This document shows, in pieces, positions 58,198-64,000 of a DNA stretch of 64,000 nt (positions within the stretch are counted from its first letter, which is position 1; the number at the start of each line of letters is the position of its first letter). Both the position numbers and the translations under genes were made by a program. The stretch is taken from positions 10,877-74,876 of the forward strand of contig JBFMAZ010000013.1 in the NCBI GenBank assembly GCA_040755415.1. Direction: 5' to 3'. This stretch comes from Thermodesulfobacteriota bacterium. Lineage in GTDB: Bacteria; Desulfobacterota; QYQD01. Below the pieces are notes generated by a model. It made no database searches, was not told the origin of the DNA, and saw nothing but the letters and a program-made list of their open reading frames with translations.

Positions 58198-58416
58198 ATG
58201 GAAGAAAAAGACAAGGCGTTGATGGCTCTTTGGATAGATAAAGATGAAGAGCTTAAGAGGGCGGTAAAGGAACATCAATCGCTGGAGAGAAAACTGGAGG
58301 AGTTTAACCAGAGGCCTTATCTAACTACAGAAGAAACCATGGAGAAGAAGCATATTCAGAAGCTGAAACTAGCCGAGAAGGATAAAATAATGGCCATATT
58401 GGCCAAGTATCGATAG
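58198..58416 (+). CDS. DUF465 (YdcH-like) small coiled-coil protein
   Basis: 72 aa ...LKRAVKEHQSLERKLEEFNQRPYLTTEETMEKKHIQKLKLAEKDKIMAILAKYR matches DUF465 pattern. Stop TAG at 58414-58416 is followed 1 nt later by ilvB ATG at 58417 (adjacent, not overlapping). Confidence 0.65.
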   Translation: MEEKDKALMALWIDKDEELKRAVKEHQSLERKLEEFNQRPYLTTEETMEKKHIQKLKLAEKDKIMAILAKYR

Positions 58417-60114
58417 GTGATTCTTATGAAACTGACAGGTGCACAGATTTTGATCGAATGTTTGAAAAAGGAAGGCGTGGATCTGATCTTTGGATTTCCA
58501 GGTGGGGCGGTAATAGACATCTATGACGAACTCATGAAGTCTCCCATCCGTCACGTACTGGTAAGGCATGAGCAGGCGGCGGTCCATGCCGCTGATGCCT
58601 ACGCCCGTGTAACCGGCAAAGTGGGTGTGGTTCTCGTCACCTCCGGGCCGGGAGCTACAAATACGGTTACTGGCATTGCGTCGGCTTATGGGGATTCCAT
58701 ACCCGTGGTGGTTATGACCGGCCAGGTGCCCACCAAGCTCATTGGTAATGACGCCTTTCAAGAGGTGGATATTGTCGGCATTACCCGGCCATGTACCAAG
58801 CACAATTATCTGGTAAAGAATGTTAAAGATGTCGCACAGACTGTAAGGGAAGCCTTTCACCTGGCCCGCTCAGGACGGCCCGGGCCGGTGTTAATGGATT
58901 TACCAAAGGACGTAATGGTTGACAGGACTGAATTTAAGTATCCGGAAGTCATCAAGATGCGTACCTATAATCCGACCTATGAGGCGCATCCGGGCCAGAT
59001 AGAAAAGGCCGGCAAGTTAATCGTCCAATCCAGGCGCCCGGTCCTCTATGCCGGTGGCGGGATCATAGCCTCCAATGCGGCAGCCGAGTTGACCGAGTTG
59101 GCCACCCTCGCACAGATACCAACTACTGCTACTTTGATGGGTTTAGGCGGGTTCCCGGGCACGCATCCGCTCTGGATGGGAATGCTGGGAATGCATGGCA
59201 CCTATTGTTCGAATATGGCTGTGGCGAATTGTGACCTCCTTATCGCGGTAGGGTCTCGATTTGATGACCGGGTTACCGGTAAACTGGATGCCTTTGCTCC
59301 CCATGCCAAGATTATTCATATTGATATTGATCCCACGTCGATCAGCAAAAATGTCAGGGTGGATGTCCCGATAGTGGCTGACTGCAAAAACGCCCTTGGA
59401 AAGCTCGTCACTTTCCTCAAAGGGGAAAAGGGGATAAACTGGAAAGAAAAACATGAAGAGTGGCTGGCCCAGGTGCGTGATTGGGATAAAAAACATCCCC
59501 TTTCCTATAAAGAAGAAAAAGGGGTAATAAAGCCGCAGTATGTAGTAGAAAAACTTTATGAACTCACGAAGGGTAAGGCGATTATTACCACAGAAGTCGG
59601 TCAAAACCAGATGTGGGCCGCGCAATTTTATAAGTTTGCCGAGCCGCGTTCCCTTATGACCTCAGGTGGCCTGGGAGTTATGGGATATGGATTCCCGGCC
59701 GCCATTGGGGCCCAACTGGCAGCGCCGGATCGGACAGTCATAGACATAGCCGGAGACGGCAGTATCCAGATGAACATCCAGGAGATGGCCACGGCCATGG
59801 AACAGCGGTTGCCGGTAAAAATTGCCATCCTAAATAATCAGTATCTGGGTATGGTGCGCCAATGGCAAGAGCTCTTTTACGGAAAGCGGTATGCCGCCAC
59901 CTCACTGGCTACCGCACCTGATTTCGTCAAATTGGCGGAGGCCTATGGCGCGGTGGGGCTCCGGGCCACGAAGCCGGAAGAGGTGGAGCCGGTTATCAAG
60001 AAGGCCCTGAAAACCAAGAACCTTGTGATCATGGACTTCGTCATTCCGCAAGAGGAAAAGGTTTATCCCATGGTGCCGGCTGGTAAGGCAACTACCGAAA
60101 TGCTCTTGGTTTAA
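58417..60114 (+). CDS. ilvB: Acetolactate synthase large subunit
   Basis: ThDP motif ...[16 protein letters not shown]...[12 protein letters not shown]..., FAD region; 565 aa. Confidence 0.9.
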   Translation: MILMKLTGAQILIECLKKEGVDLIFGFPGGAVIDIYDELMKSPIRHVLVRHEQAAVHAADAYARVTGKVGVVLVTSGPGATNTVTGIASAYGDSIPVVVMTGQVPTKLIGNDAFQEVDIVGITRPCTKHNYLVKNVKDVAQTVREAFHLARSGRPGPVLMDLPKDVMVDRTEFKYPEVIKMRTYNPTYEAHPGQIEKAGKLIVQSRRPVLYAGGGIIASNAAAELTELATLAQIPTTATLMGLGGFPGTHPLWMGMLGMHGTYCSNMAVANCDLLIAVGSRFDDRVTGKLDAFAPHAKIIHIDIDPTSISKNVRVDVPIVADCKNALGKLVTFLKGEKGINWKEKHEEWLAQVRDWDKKHPLSYKEEKGVIKPQYVVEKLYELTKGKAIITTEVGQNQMWAAQFYKFAEPRSLMTSGGLGVMGYGFPAAIGAQLAAPDRTVIDIAGDGSIQMNIQEMATAMEQRLPVKIAILNNQYLGMVRQWQELFYGKRYAATSLATAPDFVKLAEAYGAVGLRATKPEEVEPVIKKALKTKNLVIMDFVIPQEEKVYPMVPAGKATTEMLLV

Positions 60115-60251
60115 CAACGGGTAACTGTTCAGATAGCCACTAAGGCACAAAGGCACAAAGGCCTGCACTTAGATGTTTTGAAAGGATAAATCTCTAATCT
60201 TAGTGTCTTGGTGTCTTAGTGGTCGAATAGTTAAAAAACGGGAGATTGCTC

Positions 60252-60737
60252 ATGAAACACACATTTTCAGTTCTGGTTGAAAATAAGCCCGGTGTTCTTT
60301 CGCGAGTGGCAGGGCTCTTTAGCGGCCGGGGTTTTAATATTGAGAGCCTCTGCGTAGCTGAAACCCTGGACCCGGAGTTATCACTTATGACTTTAGTGAC
60401 CCGGGGTGACGAACAAATTATTGAGCAGATCAATAAGCAGTTGAATAAACTGATCAATGTGCTCAAGGTAGTGGACGTAAGTGAAGGGGATTTTGTAGAA
60501 AGGGAGATGGCTCTGGTTAAAGTCAAGGCAGAAGGGAATACCCGTGCCGAGGTCCTGCGCATGGCGGATATCTTTCGGGGCAAGATAGTAGATGTCAGCC
60601 CGAGGGAATATACCATTGAACTCACTGGTGACGAAAAGAAGATAAAAGCGGTCCTGGAATTGTTAAGACCGCTGGGGATAAAAGAGGTGGCCCGTACCGG
60701 AACCATTGCCATGCCTCGCAGCAAAAAGACGCCGTAG
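60252..60737 (+). CDS. ilvN: Acetolactate synthase small (regulatory) subunit
   Basis: [33 protein letters not shown] (ACT domain); GGAG SD 7 nt upstream. Confidence 0.9.
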   Translation: MKHTFSVLVENKPGVLSRVAGLFSGRGFNIESLCVAETLDPELSLMTLVTRGDEQIIEQINKQLNKLINVLKVVDVSEGDFVEREMALVKVKAEGNTRAEVLRMADIFRGKIVDVSPREYTIELTGDEKKIKAVLELLRPLGIKEVARTGTIAMPRSKKTP

Positions 60738-60801
60738 TTATACTGAACGTCATTAGTCAATTGTCGTTTATTACTTACAGAAGTTGCAAACTTGTAATTT
60801 G

Positions 60802-60994
60802 GTAACACTTTAGCTGTTTGAAAAGAGCTAGTCGTCCAGAAAACGGCGCCTCGAAAATCCCCCTTAATCCCCCTTTTTCAAAGGGGGAATGTAGGGGGAT
60901 CCCCTTTTTCAAAGGGGGAAATGTTTCTCCTCCCTTTGGAAAAGGGAGGTTGGGAGGGATTTTAAAATACTTTTTCAAACAGCTAAACTGATAC
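60802..60994. mobile_element. MITE copy 4 (193 bp; has 31-bp internal duplication of a hairpin module); 8-bp direct repeat GTAATTTG
   Basis: TIRs as in other copies; GTAATTTG at 60794-60801 and 60995-61002; extra GGGGGATCCCCTTTTTCAAAGGGGGAA module. Confidence 0.8.
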
Positions 60995-61081
60995 GTAATT
61001 TGCAACTTGCAACTTGTAACTATCCTATTTGCTGATGACTAATGACCAGTGACGTTGCCTATAGATAAGGGAGGAAGATGG

Positions 61082-62083
61082 ATGCGGATTTATTATGACA
61101 AAGATGCTGACCTGAAAAAGTTTAAGAACAAAAAAATAGCTATTGTCGGCTATGGCAGCCAGGGACACGCCCAGGCTCAGAATCTGCGCGACAGCGGCCT
61201 TAATGTTATCGTGGCGCAGAGACCGGGTTCGGCTAATTACGATCTGGCAGTAAGCCATGGATTTAAACCCGTTAGTGCTTCCGAGGCCAGTAAGGAAGCC
61301 GATGTTATTCAGATACTAACCCAGGACCACATCCAGGCCATGCTTTATGAAAAGGATGTCCTGCCCCACCTTAAGAAAGGAAAGACCCTGGTTTTTTCCC
61401 ATGGGTTTAATATCCACTACGGGCAGATCATGCCTCCCGGGGATATTGATGTGGTCATGGTTGCGCCTAAGGGCCCGGGTCACCTGGTGCGCTCAGAGTA
61501 TGAGAAGGGGGCGGGGGTACCGGCGTTGGTGGCTATTCATCAGGATGCCAGCGGCAAGGCCATGGAAACCGCTCTGGTTTACGCCAAAGGTATCGGCGCC
61601 ACGCGGGCCGGCGTTATTGAGACTACCTTTAAAGAAGAGACCGAAACCGATCTTTTTGGGGAGCAGGTCGTTCTCTGTGGCGGAGTAACAGAACTCGTAA
61701 AGGCCGGATTTGAGACCCTGGTAGAGGCCGGTTATCAGCCGGAAATCGCTTATTTTGAGTGTCTGCATGAGCTGAAACTGATAGTTGACCTCTTTTATCA
61801 GGGAGGTATCCGCTATATGCGATATTCGGTCAGTGATACCGCAGAGTATGGCGACCTGACCAGGGGTAAAAGAATCATTACCACCGAGACGCGGCGGGAA
61901 ATGAAACGCATCCTTGAGGAGATCCAGGGCGGCGTCTTTGCCCGGGAATGGATACTGGAAAATAAGGCCAACCGGCCGGTATTCAATGCCTTGCGGCGCA
62001 AGGAGGCGGAACATCCGATAGAAGAAGTCGGCGAACGCCTGCGGGCTATGATGAGCTGGCTACAGGAAAAGAAGAAAAAATAG
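61082..62083 (+). CDS. ilvC: Ketol-acid reductoisomerase (start at [18 protein letters not shown])
   Basis: [11 protein letters not shown]..., NADPH motif [15 protein letters not shown]. Confidence 0.95.
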   Translation: MRIYYDKDADLKKFKNKKIAIVGYGSQGHAQAQNLRDSGLNVIVAQRPGSANYDLAVSHGFKPVSASEASKEADVIQILTQDHIQAMLYEKDVLPHLKKGKTLVFSHGFNIHYGQIMPPGDIDVVMVAPKGPGHLVRSEYEKGAGVPALVAIHQDASGKAMETALVYAKGIGATRAGVIETTFKEETETDLFGEQVVLCGGVTELVKAGFETLVEAGYQPEIAYFECLHELKLIVDLFYQGGIRYMRYSVSDTAEYGDLTRGKRIITTETRREMKRILEEIQGGVFAREWILENKANRPVFNALRRKEAEHPIEEVGERLRAMMSWLQEKKKK

Positions 62084-62093
62084 GCATTAGCCG

Positions 62094-62738
62094 ATGTTGC
62101 AGCCTAGAATCCCTGTGGCCAAAGAAGGTTACCCCTTTATTTTTATCGCCGCCTTTACGGCGTTGCTGGCAGCGCTATTAAACTGGGTTATCGTCTCCGT
62201 ATTTTTTTGGGCGGCAAGCATCTTTATCCTGTATTTTTTCCGGGATCCAGAGCGGGTGGTCCCGGACGATCCGCGCGCCATAGTCTCGCCGGCAGATGGC
62301 AAGGTCATACTGATTGAAAAGGTGACCGATGAGCGTTTCTTGCATGACCGGGCCTTGAAAGTCAGTATCTTTATGAATATCTTTAATGTCCATGTCAATC
62401 GCATGCCGTATGATGGCGTGGTAAAGGAGATACGGTATCAGGCCGGACAATTTCTGGCCGCCGATCAGGATCGGGCCAGTTTTGAGAATGAAAATAACGC
62501 AATTTTTTTTGAGATAGAGGAGAATCGGCGCATAGTTGTCGTTCAGGTGGCTGGCATACTGGCCCGGCGCATTGTCTGCTGGGCGGAGACTGGCGATAAG
62601 GTAAAGAAGGGGCAGCGGTTTGGTATGATCCGTTTTGGGTCGCGCCTCGATGTTTATTTACCTTTAAACACCCAGGTAGAAGTGAAGACAGGCCAGCCCG
62701 TTGCGGCCGGACAGACTCTTTTGGGGTATCTGACATGA
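62094..62738 (+). CDS. psd: Phosphatidylserine decarboxylase proenzyme (short archaeal-type)
   Basis: 214 aa; C-terminal FGSR self-cleavage region ...GQRFGMIRFGSRLDVYLP. Confidence 0.85.
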   Translation: MLQPRIPVAKEGYPFIFIAAFTALLAALLNWVIVSVFFWAASIFILYFFRDPERVVPDDPRAIVSPADGKVILIEKVTDERFLHDRALKVSIFMNIFNVHVNRMPYDGVVKEIRYQAGQFLAADQDRASFENENNAIFFEIEENRRIVVVQVAGILARRIVCWAETGDKVKKGQRFGMIRFGSRLDVYLPLNTQVEVKTGQPVAAGQTLLGYLT

Positions 62739-63508
62739 TCAAGAGAAGAAAAAAGAAAAGGGATAAGAGGAGACGGGGCATCTATATCCTGCCCAATCTT
62801 TTTACGACGGCCAGCCTGTTTAGCGGGTTTTATAGTATTGTTTCTGCTATGGGAGGCCATTATTACGCGGCTGCAGTGGCCATACTTATTTCCTGTGTCT
62901 TTGACATGCTGGACGGCAGAATTGCCCGTTTGACCAGGACCACCAGCCGGTTTGGGCTGGAATACGACTCCCTCTCGGATCTCGTGGCCTTTGGCGTAGC
63001 CCCGGCTATACTGGCATTTCTCTGGGCATTGCAGCCCTATCGCCGTCTGGGCTGGCTGGCTGCCTTTCTTTATGTGGCCACGTGCGCATTGCGGCTGGCC
63101 CGGTTTAACACCCAGGTTAACAACATTGACAGCCGCTATTTTAACGGCCTCCCTTGTCCTAGTGCCGCCGCCCTGGTAGCTACGAGTATTTTGCTGCACC
63201 ACGAATTATCAGGTAGTACGGGGACGTTTCAGCATCCGGGTGTGCTTATAATGATATATATCCTTTCTTATCTTATGGTCAGCACTATACCCTATCATAG
63301 TCTTAAAAGTTCACAAATCTTTCAGAAGAAGCCTTTTCATGTCCTGGTAGCGGCCATCTTGCTCATCATGGTTATAGCTATGGAGCCCCATATCACCCTG
63401 TTCATATTAACGGCACTCTATGTTGCTTCCGGGCCGGTCCTTTTTGTAGCCCTTTACCGCCGCCGGAAAGCGGAGAAACTCCTGGCTGAACAAGGCCAAA
63501 CCCACTAA
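62735..63508 (+). CDS. pssA: CDP-diacylglycerol--serine O-phosphatidyltransferase
   Basis: CDP-alcohol phosphatidyltransferase motif DMLDGRIARLTRTTSRFGLEYDSLSDLVAFGVAP. Confidence 0.9.
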   Translation: MIKRRKKKRDKRRRGIYILPNLFTTASLFSGFYSIVSAMGGHYYAAAVAILISCVFDMLDGRIARLTRTTSRFGLEYDSLSDLVAFGVAPAILAFLWALQPYRRLGWLAAFLYVATCALRLARFNTQVNNIDSRYFNGLPCPSAAALVATSILLHHELSGSTGTFQHPGVLIMIYILSYLMVSTIPYHSLKSSQIFQKKPFHVLVAAILLIMVIAMEPHITLFILTALYVASGPVLFVALYRRRKAEKLLAEQGQTH

Positions 63509-63525
63509 AAGAGAATCGCTAAGTC

Positions 63526-64000
63526 ATGAAGGATAAGATTTTTATTTTTGATACAACCTTGCGGGATGGCGAGCAATCGCCAGGCGCCAGCATGAATATC
63601 AGCGAGAAGGTGCGCATAGCGCATCAACTGGAAAAATTAAATGTGGATGTCATAGAGGCGGGATTCCCCGTGGCCTCCAGGGGCGATTTTGAAGCCGTAA
63701 AGGCCGTGGCCAAAGAGATAAAAAATATCCAGGTGGCGGCCCTGGCCCGGGCCAATACCAAGGACATCGACCGGGCCGCAGAGGCCCTTAAGGTGGCCAA
63801 ATACCCATGTATCCACACATTTATTGCCACTTCGGATATCCATCTCAAGTATAAGCTGAAAAAGAGCCGTGAAGAGGTCTTTAAAATGGCGGCGGAGGCT
63901 GTAAAGTACGCCCGGCGTTTTACGGACAGCGTAGAGTTTTCCGCCGAAGATGCCTCACGCAGTGACCTGGACTTTGTCTGCAAGGTCTTTGCCTCGGTGA
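63526..64000 (+). CDS. leuA: 2-isopropylmalate synthase / citramalate synthase family, N-terminal part (continues beyond window)
   Basis: [51 protein letters not shown]...[13 protein letters not shown]... Not in ORF track because truncated. Confidence 0.8.
   Translation, partial: MKDKIFIFDTTLRDGEQSPGASMNISEKVRIAHQLEKLNVDVIEAGFPVASRGDFEAVKAVAKEIKNIQVAALARANTKDIDRAAEALKVAKYPCIHTFIATSDIHLKYKLKKSREEVFKMAAEAVKYARRFTDSVEFSAEDASRSDLDFVCKVFASV

Noticed and set aside
1-64000. tRNA / rRNA / tmRNA / RNase P genes
   Set aside because: I scanned for T-loop GTTCGAATC/GGTTCGA-type motifs and cloverleaf-like GC stems and found none outside the TTCGAA-containing AT-rich repeats, which lack acceptor/anticodon architecture. 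Absence cannot be proven without a tRNAscan/Infernal run.

Overview
This 64-kb window is a chromosomal region of a Gram-negative anaerobe. The multi-heme cytochromes, selA, and Geobacter-like gene order suggest a Desulfobacterota-like organism; that is inference. The window has three parts.

(1) 1-11.8 kb: a conserved housekeeping block (purQ 5' part, yraN-rnhB-rplS-trmD-rimM-KH-rpsP-ffh on the minus strand; rpoZ-dnaJ-moaC-birA on the plus strand; adk).

(2) 12.2-33.6 kb: an accessory envelope/redox region. A 12.7-kb co-directional cluster encodes a YVTN beta-propeller lipoprotein, a 781-aa outer-membrane beta-barrel with an embedded discoidin-like domain, three paralogous CsgG/LpoB-fold-like lipoproteins, a SurA/PpiD-like parvulin lipoprotein, a 26-heme and a 16-heme c-type cytochrome, and an NHL-repeat propeller. 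This looks like a candidate extracellular electron-transfer or cell-surface conduit. Further genes are a lipoprotein, another multiheme cytochrome, gap, a GAF protein, a TPR protein, selA, and a cNMP-binding/PilZ protein.

(3) 33.8-40.3 kb: a low-GC island carrying a Type III restriction-modification system (mod - Fic - res) whose mod gene is split by a MITE. It is followed by a second housekeeping block (alr, argS, SPOR, GNAT, secA, argJ, rpsB-tsf-pyrH-frr-uppS-cdsA-dxr-rseP, tsaB, DUF465-ilvB-ilvN-ilvC, psd-pssA, leuA 5' part).

The most unusual property is the density of small non-autonomous repeats, which fall into four groups:
(a) a 162-bp MITE with 24-bp terminal inverted repeats and 8-bp target-site duplications (3 full copies and 1 partial), which repeatedly inserts into the centre of pre-existing palindromes;
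(b) an AT-rich 'cgaaat/tcaaatgac' palindromic element family at 8 or more loci, including inside ribosomal/lipid operons;
(c) a 'GAGCCTCTTGCAAAAGTC'-TIR element with a GNRA-tetraloop hairpin (2 copies and 1 partial);
(d) a 42-bp GC-rich palindrome inserted in-frame into protein-coding genes (twice in the TPR gene, once in mod), adding an IPPHPPLxKGGxGDF-like peptide. This is analogous to Rickettsia palindromic elements.

No rRNA, tRNA or CRISPR array was recognised. Coordinates for refined starts and repeat boundaries were counted by hand and may be off by 1-2 nt.
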